Below the pieces are notes generated by a model, which saw only the letters and a program-made list of their open reading frames with translations, did not search any database and was not told the origin of the DNA. From Azolla caroliniana (taxonomy: Eukaryota > Plantae > Polypodiophyta): a stretch of DNA of 64,000 nt. The translations under genes and the position numbers were made by a program. The stretch is taken from contig JBHGNT010000008.1 of NCBI GenBank assembly GCA_043228905.1, positions 7,254,001 through 7,318,000 on the forward strand, written 5' to 3'. Shown here one piece after another: positions 12,469-25,815 of this stretch. Position 1 is the stretch's first letter. Every line of letters begins with the position of its first letter.

Positions 12469-12493
12469 GTTCTAGAATGTTCTAGAATATTCG
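12469..12493 (+). promoter_or_regulatory. Perfect heat-shock element array in G1 LTR (repeated in 3' LTR)
   Basis: gTTCtaGAAtgTTCtaGAAtaTTCg: five alternating nGAAn units upstream of TATAAAT at 12577. Confidence 0.75.
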
Positions 12494-12813
12494 AGAGTGC
12501 TCTATTGTCTATAACGTTCTAGAATATTCTAGCATAATCTTTATTCTAAGATTTTCTAGAATACCCTATTAAGACTTATAAATATGCATCTAATAATAAG
12601 GGATGAACCAATTTGGTTCAACGCCATTCTAGAGCTCCCTTGTTGTTTACTCATTGTATTCCATCTTCTTGTGCAATACATTATCTTTACAATATACTCT
12701 CTCACTCTCTTAGTCTTGATAGTTTGAACCAATTTTTCTTTCCTCCCTCATTTCTTTCTCTTCCAAGAACCTTAATAAGTTCCCTTCTTTCTTTTCCTCT
12801 TCCCTCGTAAGAT

Positions 12814-15800
12814 ATGGAGTCCATGAGCAAACAAGAATATATGTGCGTCCTTTCTGAGCTCGACATGTTCACGAATAAATTTGTGGCACTAGAGCAAGAA
12901 AATCAAAGGCTACTTGGGGAACTACAACATGTGAGTACCGAGAAAGCGCAACAATATGAAGAGTTGTCACAACGGGTTCACCAACTCGAGGCTACTATAT
13001 TATCATTACGAGAACAAGTGTCGGGGGTTCAAAACTACCCCAAAGAACTGAAGATTAGCTCCCTGCTAAGTTTGATGGTACGAGGTCTCTATTTCGAGGC
13101 TTTTTGAATCAAGTACATTTGGTTATTCAGTTACATCCCAATCGATACTGAACATAAGCTGCTCATGTGGGATTAGTAGGAACCTTGCTAAGCAGTACAA
13201 CACTAGCATGGTTTGCACCACTCCTCGAGAAGAAATCACTGTTGTTGGAGGATTTTGAGGCATTTGTTAAGGAGTTTCAAGCTAGCTTCGGAGATACATA
13301 CAACACTACGACAACAACAAACAAGATTTGAAGGCTCCAACAAGGAGATCGTCCCGCGTCGGCTTACGCAGCTGATTTCCATCTCTTGGCATGCGATATC
13401 CCTTGGGATGAGGCAGCTCTAATGGATCAATTCCGTCGAGGTTTGCGTAATAATGTCAAATATCTTCTTCTTACCTTTCATGAAGATCCAAAATCTCTTA
13501 CAAAGGCAATTAGTTGAGTTGTGCGATGTGATAATCTCCTATTTGAGCGACGCTCGGAGTGCCAACAAATGTTGCACCGTCAATTGGAATAAACGTACAC
13601 TTCTATAGTCGCAACGCCTCCACAAGTTTCTAGACCCATCGCGAGGGATGGCCCAACTCCAATCGAAATAGAGTCAACACAACGTCGGGGGGCCTTATCG
13701 GATGCTGAGAAGCAACGATGTCAAGCACATCACTTATGTTTATATTGTGGGGTCTAGGACATATAGCCATGAATTGTCCGCATAAACCTAGACATCAAGT
13801 ATACCAAATAAGTGCACAAGACAACGCTACTTCAAGCTCCATGATTATTTCTAATAACATGAGTAAGCCTAGTAGTCCATGCCATGAGAGTAGATTCGAT
13901 GTCTTGAGCCAATTAGAGGATGTGTTAAACAACTAAGTTCGGCCAAAATAGGAGCCATTTGGTTTGACAACCCTAGATATGTAGAGTTAGTTCCTAGTTG
14001 TGGTTCCATTCCATCAAATCAAGTTAGTCGAGTTTTTTCTGCACAAGTTGAGCTTAGCACATCTACTTGTCATCGAGGCCTAGTTTCTGCCCTCTTAGAG
14101 TTTGGAGCCAACCCTTGTTTCATGGATCGTGAGTTTGCATTGACACAAAACATCCTCTTGAATAGCCTCCCTAACCCAGTATCCGTAGAAGTCATCGATG
14201 GCCGTTCCATAGCATCAGGTGATATAGTTGAAGAGTCCAAGCCAATTTGTGTAGTTCTTAGTGATTTGGCAAGCATAATCTCTTTCAACATTATTTGTAG
14301 TCCAAAACACCCATTAGTTCTATGTCTCCCCTGGTTTGAACTACATAACCAGAAGATTGATTGGATGAAAAGAACAATTGAGGAATCCCAAGAAAATAGA
14401 ACTACATTCGCATCCCTCAACACTCCAATATTTGATACTAGATCCCATAAGTTATCAACCTTCTCTCTCCATTAGTTACGATGTCGTGGTGTGACGTGTG
14501 CACTGTGAGAAAAAACGAGCTTTCACGCACATCTTATGAAATAATATATAAATGAAAATAATAATAATAATAAGTAACTTGTTGTAGCTTAGTGGTTAAG
14601 GCTTATAGATATATATAGAGAGAGGTATAGTTAAGGCTTATTATGGGTCGCCCATTTTGCCTTAGGGGTGTACTAGTAGGGTTTCATCTTATCCTCCTCA
14701 TCTTCTTGGGTTAGGGTTTTGTAGCCTCCCTTTCTCCTTATCCCTTTTTCCTTCTACTTTTTCTTGTAGGGTTAGGGTTTGAGAGCTTCTTCTTTCTACT
14801 TTTCTATCTTTCTCCTCAACATATTAGAGAACCCGAGGTTTAGGGTTTTTATGTTCCTTATGAGTGTGTGGGGTTCTTCTTTCTTATAAGTTTTAGGGTA
14901 GTGAGTTTTGCATCTACTTGTGAGTTAGGGTTAGGGTTCCTTATACGACAATTTCTTCAACATCTCGATGGTGGTCAACTCGGTGGCCGATTGCGGAAGG
15001 GAGGTTGTAGTGGCACGAGAGCTACTCCGAATTGAGGCAACATGGCCATCAAAAGTAGTTGAGCTCAGAGCCCACTAGACTCGCTTTCATCAGATTATTT
15101 TCAGCCCCTTGTGTATTGATTAGCTGTTTTTTAATAATGATGAAACTATTTCTATGTAAAAGAATCACCTAAATCGTGGTATCTAACCTAATCGTTGTAC
15201 AAACCCTAAATTTTGCAACATAACTCTTGTATATTTTTGTCTACATTTCTCCCTAACCTCATGCGTATTCTCCTTAAACATTTGCTAATCGTGGTAACGA
15301 ATCTCCCACTTCCTTACCCCTTGTGTCTCCCCATTCCAAGGCCCTGGCGGTCCCGTTCAAGCGACACACACATGCAAAACTTTGCGACAATGTAAGAGGG
15401 AATGAGGACATGTTCGTATTTGCAATCGTAGCAACTCCATCCAATTACCAAAAAAATATAAAGAGTTTTTAGACGTCTTTGATAAGGTGAAGGCAAATAC
15501 ACTACCAGAGCATAGGCCATATGACTGCCCTATTGACTTACAACTAGGGATAGAACCGCCATGGGGGCCAATTTATAATCTCTCACTTGTAGAGCTAGAG
15601 ACTTTACGGGAATATATCGATGAGAATCTGGCAAACGGATTCATCAGGCATTCTAGATCCCCTATTAGTGCACCTATCTTCTTTGTTAAGAAGAAAAACG
15701 TGTCTCTTCGGTTGGTCGTGGATTATCGAGGGCTGAACAAAGTGATTATTCGGAATAGATATGCTCTACCATTGATCTCAAACCTTTTGGAATGTCTCAG

Positions 15801-18423
15801 TGGAGCAAAATATTTCACAAAATTGGATTTTCGTGGTGCATACAATCTAGTTCGGATTCGTCTAAGGGATGAATGGAAAACTGCTTTTCGCACTTGTTAT
15901 GGACATTTCAAGTATACCGTGATGCCATTCGGTCTCACAAATGCGCTTGTAGTGTTCCAACATATGGCGAATGATATTTTTCGAGATTTTCTCAATATCT
16001 TCAGAATGGTTTACCTGGACGACATTTTGATCTACTCGAAGACTAAAGAGAAGCATGACAAACATGTTCGTGAGGTATTACGTCGACTACGAGAATATGG
16101 TCTCTACGCAAAATTAGAAAAGTGTAGTTTTGGACAGAATCAAGTGGAGTTTTTGGGGTATGTTGTATCATCAACTGGTATCTCTATGGACCCAATGAAG
16201 GTTCAAACAATTTTAGATTGGCAAACACCCCTTTCAGTGCCTAATGTACAATGTTTTCTGAGGTTTGCAAATTTTTATCGGAAATTCATTAAAAATTATT
16301 CCAAGGTTGTGCTTCTTTTCACCCGACTCACACACAAAAATCAACCATTCATATGGAATTCAGAGGCGACCGAGGCGTTCGAAAGTTTAAAACGAGCATT
16401 TACAACAACGCCTATTTTGGCTCATGTTGATCCCAAGAAACGCTTAATCCTTGAAGCTGATGCATCCGACTTTGCATTAGGAAGTGTTCTATCGCAAACT
16501 GGAGATGATGGGCAACTACATCCTATTACTTTTCATTCCTGAAAATTCGAAGCTGCTAAGATTAACAACGAGATCTATAACAAAGAGCTTATGGTAATTG
16601 TGGATTCTTTTCAACAATGGCGACATTTTCTGGAAGGTTCTTCTCAGCAGATCATTGTCTACAATGATCACAAGAACCTAACATATTTCCAAAATGCTCG
16701 AGTCTTAAGTCGGCGATAAGCTCGTTGGGCACAATTTTTGACTCACTTCGACTTTGTAATCATATATCGCCTAGGGATGCAGCAAGGAAAAGCGGATGCT
16801 CTTTCTTAGCGGTCTTATATGGAACTTCGTCCAAGAGAACCAGCTTTTGAGCATAAAAAAGAAATCCTTTTGGGTCCAAATCGCCTACGATTAATGGCAA
16901 TTAATTCCATAACCACACCTAGGGATTCCACTTTTCTTGATTCCATTCGAGATCATATGGCTATTGATGTGTTCGCAAAAGATATTTTGGATCATATCCC
17001 TCATACTAACTATAGGCAGTTCTATTGGCATGGTGGTTTTCTGTTTCGACAAAACCTATTGTATGTTCCTGATGGTTCCCCACGCTTGCAAGTCTTAGAA
17101 CATTGTCATGACACACCAATGGCTGGACATTTTGGAGTTGCCAAAACTCTAGAATTAGTTTCTTGGCAATATTGGTGGCCTTGACTTTGTCATTTTGTGG
17201 AGGAGTATGTCTGAAGTTGTGATACATGTTGTTGATCAAAGAGTCCTCGACACCGATCATATGGGTTACTACAACCACTTCCAATTCCTGAAAATCCTTG
17301 GAAGTCTATATCCTTGGGTTTCATTACCGATCTCCCAATTTCGAGGGCTTTTGATACCATTCTGACCATGGTCGATCGACTTACCAAAATGGCACATTTT
17401 TTGCCATGTACAAAGTCTATTACTAGTCAAGAGACATTGGATCTAGTTATGCAAGAGGTGTTCAAGCATCATGGTCTCCCAGACGATATTATTAGTGATC
17501 GAGGTCCACAATTCATCTCAAAGTTATGGAAGCACATGTTAAAACTTCTTCGAGTTTCGGTTAAGCTTTCTTCGGGCTACCATCCAAAGACTAATGGCCA
17601 AACCGAGCGTACCAACTAGACTTTGGAGCAATATCTTCATTGTTTCAACAACTATCAACAGGATGATTGGATTGATTTTCTACACTTGGCGGAATTCGCT
17701 TATAATAATTCAGTCCATTCGTCTACAAGATATTTGCCATTTTTCACAAATACGGGTTCTCATCCTCGTTGGACGATGACTAAACACCCCGGAGTTCCTA
17801 TCAACCATGTTGATGCAGATCGTCTCAGTCGTCTCCAAGAAATTCACGCTACCATTATCCACAATTTGCGCGATGCTCAAAGTACATACAAGAGGATTGC
17901 GGACCGTCATCGCCTAGACTTCGCAGAAACGTTTCAGGTCGGGGATCGTGTATGGCTTCTACAACACAACATCAAGACCACTAGGCCTTGTGGTAAATTA
18001 GATTACCAACGGTTTGTCCCGTACGAGATCACTGGTAATATAAGCGATGTTGCATTTCGTCTTGGCCTCCCTCCTCACATGCATCTTCACCCCTTGTTTC
18101 ATGTCTCCCTTCTCGAACCTTACACCACAAGTTCAATTCCGGGCCATCTTACAACTCCCCCACCACCTATAGAGTTTTTGGAAGGAACGGAATTCGAGGT
18201 TGCTGCCATTCTCGATTCCAAGATCATGCGCAACAAGTTGTATTACTTGGTTGATTGGTTAGGCTATACACCCAATGATCGAACTTGGGAACCTACAACA
18301 AATCTTGTCAATGTTGCGGACATGTTCACCAAATTTCATCGACAATATCCTCATAAGCCAGGTCCTAGTTCAACCCATACCACCCGTGATAGGGATCGTC
18401 GAAGAAGGGGCATAGTGTCATAA
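12814..18423 (+). pseudogene. G1 gag (12814-13936) and pol (13924-18423) with many stops and frameshifts
   Basis: ORF fragments 12814, 14122, 15487, 16819, 17314, 17623 in gag-PR-RT-RH-IN-CHD order. Confidence 0.92.
14482..15389 (+). mobile_element. Solo LTR related to the Trp-primed family, inserted in G1 pol
   Basis: TGTCG...CGACA termini; U5 motif CCCTGGCGGTCCCG shared with C/D/E LTRs; degenerate TSD ACGA/ATGT (inferred ACGT); telomere-like TTAGGG motifs inside. Confidence 0.78.
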
Positions 18424-21251
18424 TGACACTCACATATGATTTGGGTTTACAAGGAATTGTAACCCACAACCTTGTTATATACGTGCCGAGTTCTTAACCA
18501 TTGTAATGATATATTTATGTGTAAAGAATTTATAAACTATATGGAATATCATAAAGTATTCTAGAGTACTCTATGTTCTAGAATGTTCTAGAATATTCGA
18601 GAGTGCTCTATTGTCTAGAACGTTCTAGAATATTCTAGCATAATCTTTATTCTAAGATTTTCTAGAATACCCTATCAAGAATTATAAATATGCATCTAAT
18701 AATAAGGGATGAACCAATTTGGTTCAATGCCATTCTAGAGCTCCCTTGTTGTTTACTCATTGTATTCCATCTTCTAATGCAATACATTATCTTTACAATA
18801 TCCTTTCTCTCTCTCTCTCTCAATCTTGATAGTATCTTCTAGTGCAATACATTATCATTACAATATAATCTCTCTCTATCTCTCTCTCTCAGTCTTGATA
18901 GTATCTTCTAGTGCAATACATTATCTTTACAATATAAACTCTGTCTCTGTCTCTCTGTCTCTCTGTCTCTCTCGACACCTAGTCAAATCATAAGTTCTGC
19001 TCATGACTCAGGAATCAAGCACCTGGCTCCAAGACTCAGGTGCGTTGTACCAAGTGACTCCTCGTAGATCTCAGTTCCAACAATATTTGGCTCTGAATTC
19101 TGACTTAGTCCAAGTTAGGAACTCGCAACAGTGTCATAATTTGTATTGACATTGTAGAGCTCAATCTTCCAGGAGGCTCTACATTGGTACTACATAATTT
19201 CCGACACGTACCTAAACTATCACGAATGCCGATCTCAGTCGGACAACTTGATGGAGACGACATCCATGCCGACTTCTCATCAGGAGGGTGGACACTTCAC
19301 AGGGGGAACCTCCTGCTTGCTCGAGATCCGAAAGTACATTCACTATACTCAATATATGTCACACTCAAAGAGGGTGACTTGTTTCTGGTTGATATTCCCG
19401 TGTCATCACTTTGGCGGAGACAACTCAGATACCTCAGGAAGGTCAGCATCACGTACTTATCTAGAGTTGGATACATCCCCAAACCCTCCTCTTACCACCA
19501 AATTTGCGAGCATTGCGAGTATGGCAAACAAACAGTCGTTGCACACCCCATGATAGCACCAAGAGAATTGAATCCGCATGATCTAGTTCAATTGGACATC
19601 TGTGTTCCGATGCCACGTCAATCTCTTGGTGGTGCCTTCTATTTCGTGAGCTTCATCGACGTTTCAACTCAAAAGGTGTGGGCATATCCAATCAGAACCA
19701 AAGATCGGTTGTTCTCAATCTTTTCCAAATGGATCTCTATGGTAGACTAGTCGCTATGGTAGAGAACTAGTCTGCCCGGAAGCTAAAACACCTTTGGACG
19801 GACAATAGGGGAGAGTTTAAGTCTAAAGAATTTGTCAGGTTTTGCCGACAACGCGACATCAAACGTGAATACACGACACCACATAGTCTAGAGGAGAACA
19901 TAATTGCTAAAAGGATGAATCAGACATTTCAGGAACGAATACTGTCCATGCTCCAACACTCTGGACTATCAGATGTCTTCTGGGCAGAGGCCCTACTTAA
20001 GACAACACACATAATCAATATGACGCCAAGTAGGCCTCTAGGACTTCAAATTCCTTGGGAATTATGAATCGACAAAAAGCCGAATTATGAGAAACTGAGG
20101 ATTTTCGACTACAAGGCTTATGCTCTCGTGCCAAAAGCTTGCACCGAGGTCGAGGAAATCTATATTCCTTGGCTATGGACTAGATGACGAGATTGGATAC
20201 CGGCTCTGAGACCCCGAGAATAGACGAATTGTTTGAAGTTTAGACGTAGTGTTCAATTAGTCGGCTATGCATAAGACGGCCAAAAGGCCTATTGAAGTCT
20301 GAAGGGTAACTTTCTCGGAAGTGTCGGCCCTTCATGATGGCCCAACTCATAACATGAGGTCGTCTCACGAGAAGCCGAATCCTCTAGCACCAAATCGACT
20401 CCAACCGATTCTGCACAACCAAATGTTTCGGTTTTAGATAATCAGACCCACACACCCGATGCAACTAGTCTAATCATACTGAGAAGGTCTGAGAGATTGC
20501 CACAACCTTAGGAGAGATACTCTCCTAGAGTCTTCTTTACACACGTTGGTGAACTGGCATTGTATAAAGAAGCATCAACATCAGCCGATTCAGCCGCATG
20601 GCATCTAGCAATGGAGTCAACTAATGAACTCAATTCAACAAAATTTGACTTGGAACCTAATCGAACTATTGAAAAATTGACGTGCTCTTCCGTGCAAGTG
20701 GGTCTATAGAATAAAAGAGACGTATGATTTGTTGTCACCGGGCTGGACAAGCCCCTAACACAGGGTGTCCCTATGGAACACTTCACCAAAGGGGTGGTGC
20801 GGTAAGGAATGTGCACACCGTAATACAAAACCGATCCTTCCCGGTTACTATTCGGAATGATTAACTTGATACACGCGTATGATAATCACATTAAGCACAG
20901 AACGGTATTAACAAGTTAAACCATATGCAAAGACACAACACTTTTCTATTAATTATTCGTTGTTACTTACATCGTCTTCAGATCCTTTTATAGGTATCCG
21001 GTTGGGTTACAAACCGGTGCCAAATGGCTATCGGCTACGAATCGGTTCATATCTAGATCGGCATACCAATTCTGGGTCCGTCCATTCGCTCTTATAATTA
21101 TCATAATTTATCTAATTACAACTCCCAAAACCAGCTCCCCTTTCATACTTTGGCCTAACCGGCCAACACATGGCACGCCTGTGGGACAGTACATTGTACG
21201 TCGAACCCACGGTTAGCCCCTTCATTCATCCTCCAAAATGTCCAGAATGCT

Positions 21252-22846
21252 CTAGTCCAGGGGTTCCAACGGTTTATTGAGTAGTTGCTCCATCGGTTGT
21301 TGTTGTTGTTGCTCCTCCAGTTGTAGTTGTTGCTATTGTTGATCCCCAACCTGCTCTTCCTCTCCGGCCCTATCCATTTCCGCCTCTAATGGTCTCGGCG
21401 CTTCTAGCTCCGGCTCCTCATCCTTGGCTCCTCCTTCTGCTACACTGGGGCTTTGTCTGGCTCCGCCAGTCTGACTTCTTTTGGCTGCTCTACTCAGGCT
21501 TCGTTTGGCTGGCCTCCGCTGGTTTTGACTACATTCGGTGGTTGCTCTGGAGATTGCTCTCCGTCACTAATGTTAATTGCCGCCGACATTTGCGATGTTA
21601 TCTACCATCTTCGCTCCCGTTCGTATTGCTCGAACTGGAGTTGAGTGCCAAGCTGGTCATCATCCAGTTGTTCTACCAACCGCCTAACAACCGCCAATCG
21701 TTCCCCTACCAGGGACAAGAAATCGTCCGACAACTCCTCCCGGATGGTTACAATACTCTCCGCATCCATCTTGTAGAAGTTGTCATTGTCCTTTCTCTGG
21801 TTTTCCGCATCCGCTCGCAACGTTTGTAATTCCGCCGCATGTTGTGCCCATTTTCACCACCATTGCACTGAGCTTTCACCAATCATACTCTTTGTTCGTT
21901 CTTTCCATGCTTGCACAATGGCGCGGATCCGGTCGAGCCCCATCTTGGATTTGTCCTCCGTAGCCAGTTTTTCCTCCTTTAACTTCTTTATCAGGCCCGC
22001 GGTTGCCTGTGCTTGCACCTCATATTCCAGGAATTGGGTTTGATAATGTTGAGAATCAAGCTCAACTTGAGTGAACATGTGCTTATGAAGAAAAGGACGG
22101 TGTGTGAAAAAGTGTGTGAGCACACTTTATTGTAATCCATGTAGTTGTCGAGTGTTAGTGTGGTCAAAGAATATTAGATATTCTTATGACAAAATCGTAC
22201 TCAAGTGGATATCTTGGTTAGATTCCACCAACACATTTAATAGGTCAGTCCCTTGAGGACTTGTATATAAAACCCGCTTTTGCCATTTAGTTTAGTTGAT
22301 GATCTTTAGATAATTAATATAGCTCTCTTAAGTGCATAAGATGTCATCCCCCTAATGTGTGTTTTCTTATTTTTCTAGTTATTCTCTGTAATTCTTTCTC
22401 TAGTTTATACATTCACTCTCTCTCTCTCTCACACACACTACGCTTCTAAATACTAAACTCTACTAGAGCTAAATTCTTTACAGATAAGTTGTATGAACTC
22501 TGTTCAACGCCATCTTTGCTCGTTTTGTCTCCTCATAATGTTGTCGGTTGAGCTCCATCCGGTCCCTTGCTACTTCTTCCAGTACCTTTGCCATGTCGAC
22601 CGCCTTGGTCCATTCTTCCACCAATGCCTCTGTCGCCCTAAACCTCATTCTAGAGTTCTAACTTCTCCTGCTGTCGGTCACCTTCTACAATCAAATTCTT
22701 GTGCTCCGTGTCCAAATGCTTGTGATCTCGGTGCAGTCGTTCAAAATCCTTCGTCTTCTGCTTCAACTTTTGGTTTATTTGGCGTCAGGCGCAGTCTTCC
22801 CGGTCTTGCTACTGCCGTAGTTCTTCTTTGAGCCGCTCAATTTCGG
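21252..22846 (-). pseudogene. C-terminal coiled-coil/Q-rich part of element B antisense ORF, split by a solo LTR
   Basis: Reading KLRRSTETEIERLKEEL is restored across the C insertion; ORF fragments 21602-21820 and 21854-22041. Confidence 0.65.
22047..22482 (+). mobile_element. Solo LTR
   Basis: TGTTGAGAAT...ATTCTTTACA termini, perfect TSD GATAA. Confidence 0.88.
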
Positions 22847-25613
22847 TGTCGTAAAGATTTTCGCCCACGGTGTGAAATTTGCATGGAATGTACAAAATCG
22901 AGTGTGGTTCTTCACACACGATATTGAACAATAATAATGAAGATATTATTTTATATCTTGGTAAGAAAAGATGGATGTCTTCTAGGGCTTTCGAATTCAT
23001 TTTACTACATGTGAAATGGACAAATTAGTGTCAAGTTATGTGAATGTGAAGTTTGAGAAGAAGAAGAGAAAAACAAAATTGTGAGATATCCAACATAGAT
23101 AGGACAACATCAGGATGTAAGAGTATATAAGTAGAGTCATATCTCTTTATATTTCATCTAAGTGCTAGGAGCATAAAAGGGTTGGGTTGTATGACTTGGA
23201 CGAATGGATGTGGCCAAGTTATTCAAATAATGTTTTGGACGGAGCCGGAACCGGCACCGCATGGCGCCGACACCGAACGGTGACGGAACCGGAACCAACA
23301 CCAGACGGCGACGGAACCGAAACCGACATCGGGACCGGAACCGGAACCGATAGACAGGATAGATAGATCGATCAGATAGGTTGATCGCGACGATTTCAGT
23401 GTGAAACGAACAAAATCATCTAGACTAAAAACCCTATTAGAAATTTGCAATAAAATTGAACCTTGCACCTCCAAGATAGGAGGCAATAGACTTACCACTA
23501 GGCTTAGTCATTTCCTTAAAAATGTTTTTTCTATCATTATACTTTTACATGTAAATTCTCATATTAGAGCTTCATTGAGTGACATGGTTATCATGCATCA
23601 CATGTAATGCATGAGCGTCAAATGGCAAACATACATCACATGCATTCCATGCATTGTATTCATGTCTTGTAACCTCACATGCATCATATGCATGGGAGCA
23701 TCTATAAAAGGGTGGCTGAAAAAGATCAATGGGGAGCAATGTATTAATCAAGAAATTAAAAGTAAGAAAATTTGTTATCCCATTGGGTGATGTATTAATC
23801 TTGTCTCTCAAATCTAAAGTTAAGCGTCCTATCTGATCTCAATCTCTCTCTCTTTCAATCTATCTAAAATACTTTCTAGCTAAAGCTAGTGCATACTTCG
23901 AACCCTTCCGGTCCAGAACCCTGGCGGTTCCGCCTCACGATCCGCACGTATTGACGGATTTTTCACGACATAATTAAGTGGTGAACCTGAGGTGAAGAAG
24001 CGGTAGGAAGGATCAAGACGAGGATCGACCAATACTTGGAGATGGCATCTTCAAGCAATCAAGTGGGAGAGTTCGAAAGAATGATGATAATCTTCGAGCA
24101 AATGATGATATCTCGGGACAATGATGCGAGCGTGGAGAAGGTTGTCAATCGTGTTGTGGAGGTCGAGGGTCAATTTGATGGAAGGAACATTACAAAGTTC
24201 CTGGATGTATACAAAAGGGAGATGAATCAAAGGGACGTTGTCGTGAAGAAAACCGGCCAGAAGCGGAATCGGCGAAGCAGGGCGCATGAACCGGGCCTAC
24301 ACTTTTCCACACCAATTGATACCTTGTAAATAACTAGGAGTAAGACGGTGGGAGCAAAGAGACTAGATGTGACACATTGAATGTCTTGGAAATCGAAGGG
24401 TATCTCTGTCCGAAAGCACAGAGAATAAATTGATGAAAACGAGGGTGCAACGGCCTGCCTCGACGACCTACAAAAGGGAAGGAAGAAGGCGGATGAAGAT
24501 ATCGTGTTTTGGGAGCGAGGAGGAAGTGTTGTCGGACTGGGGACCGAGCTCTCTCCTTCGTCGTTCGTCATTCTCTGCAGTATTTTGGACCGAGTTGCCT
24601 CTGCTTCGTGGACAACCCGTGTGCTTCCGGCAGAGGCTCCACAGTGCAATCAGGGTTGTGTGCGTGCGTGAGCATCGTGTGTGTGCGTGTTCGCCTGAGT
24701 TGGGTCCATTGCCGGCTTGCCAGTTGTAATCGTTATTGGTTTTGTAATTAAGACTTGGTTCTCTCTCTCTTTCTCCCTCTGTGTTTCTCCAAGCCGCTCT
24801 CTTCCCCTCTCTTCTCTCTCACGCTCCTTGGTTCAAGGCCCCTGCGGTCCCGCCTCTTTCCACACGCGAAAAGCGTAACAACTCGACATATTTGGTGAAC
24901 CCAATGTGAAACAAGCGACAAAGGAGTGAAGGATGAGGGGATCCGAGCTTGCTGAAACTATGGCCGTAGCCGTCAACTGGCTAGTGAGCGCTCGCGAGGG
25001 AATGGGTGCCCTCGACAAGGCCATTGAGTCGATCGTCAGCACCATAGGTCGATTCGGTGGGAAGAATGCCATGAGCTACTTGGAGGCCTACTGGGCCGAA
25101 ATGATCATGAGGGATATCTCGGTGGACAGGCGGTTGTCCGGATTCCCTGGGGTGGTGACGCCGAGCATCCACGCAGAGGTGCTCGAGGTGCTGGCTGGAT
25201 GCCAGACTTGGGAGGAGTTCGAACTGCGGTTCCTCGAGATGTATGGGTTCGATGACTCGCTTCGGCTGTCGAAGCGAGACTTCATGGCGTGGGTTGAGAG
25301 CCCTGGTGTCATGATATGGCAAGACTCGAACCCATGACCTTAGGTTATATGGGTCGAGCTCTTGACCATTAGACCATCTATTGTAATAGGTAGGATATTA
25401 TTTTCATTTACATTTTATTATAGGAAATTAGTGTATATTCCAGATTTCTCTGGAACATTCTAGCCTAGTGTCATGATATGGCAAGACTCGAACCCATGAC
25501 CTTAGGTTATATGGGTCGAGCTCTTGACCATTAGACCATCTATTATAATACGTAGGATATTATTTTCATTTACATTTTATTATAGGAAATTAGTGTATAT
25601 TCCAGATTTCTCT

Positions 25614-25633
25614 GGAACATTCTAGAAGCTTCA
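25614..25633 (+). promoter_or_regulatory. Heat-shock element in G2 LTR
   Basis: gGAAcaTTCtaGAAgcTTCa about 20 bp upstream of TATAAAA at 25653. Confidence 0.7.
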
Positions 25634-25771
25634 GGATTACTCCTGAAAACACTATAAAAGAGGGCACTAGGCATTATGTTGAACCAAATTGGTTCAACGC
25701 TAGTCTTAAGCCTTTTAGCCACCATTGTATATTCTCTTCATATAATACATATCTTTCTTATCATCACTCAC

Positions 25772-25815
<44 letters not shown>

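Larger units (their letters stand above)
12310..18977 (+). mobile_element. Element G1: Ty3/gypsy chromovirus (Tcn1/sushi-like), degenerate
   Basis: LTRs 12310-12721 and 18416-18977, TSD CCTAG, PPT GAAGAAGGGG, RT YLDD, integrase plus chromodomain (FEVAAILDSK...YLVDWLGY...TWEP). Confidence 0.95.

Noticed and set aside
25312-25380. Functional tRNA gene
   Set aside because: A and B boxes are present but there is no convincing acceptor stem or canonical anticodon arm; reported as tRNA-like instead.
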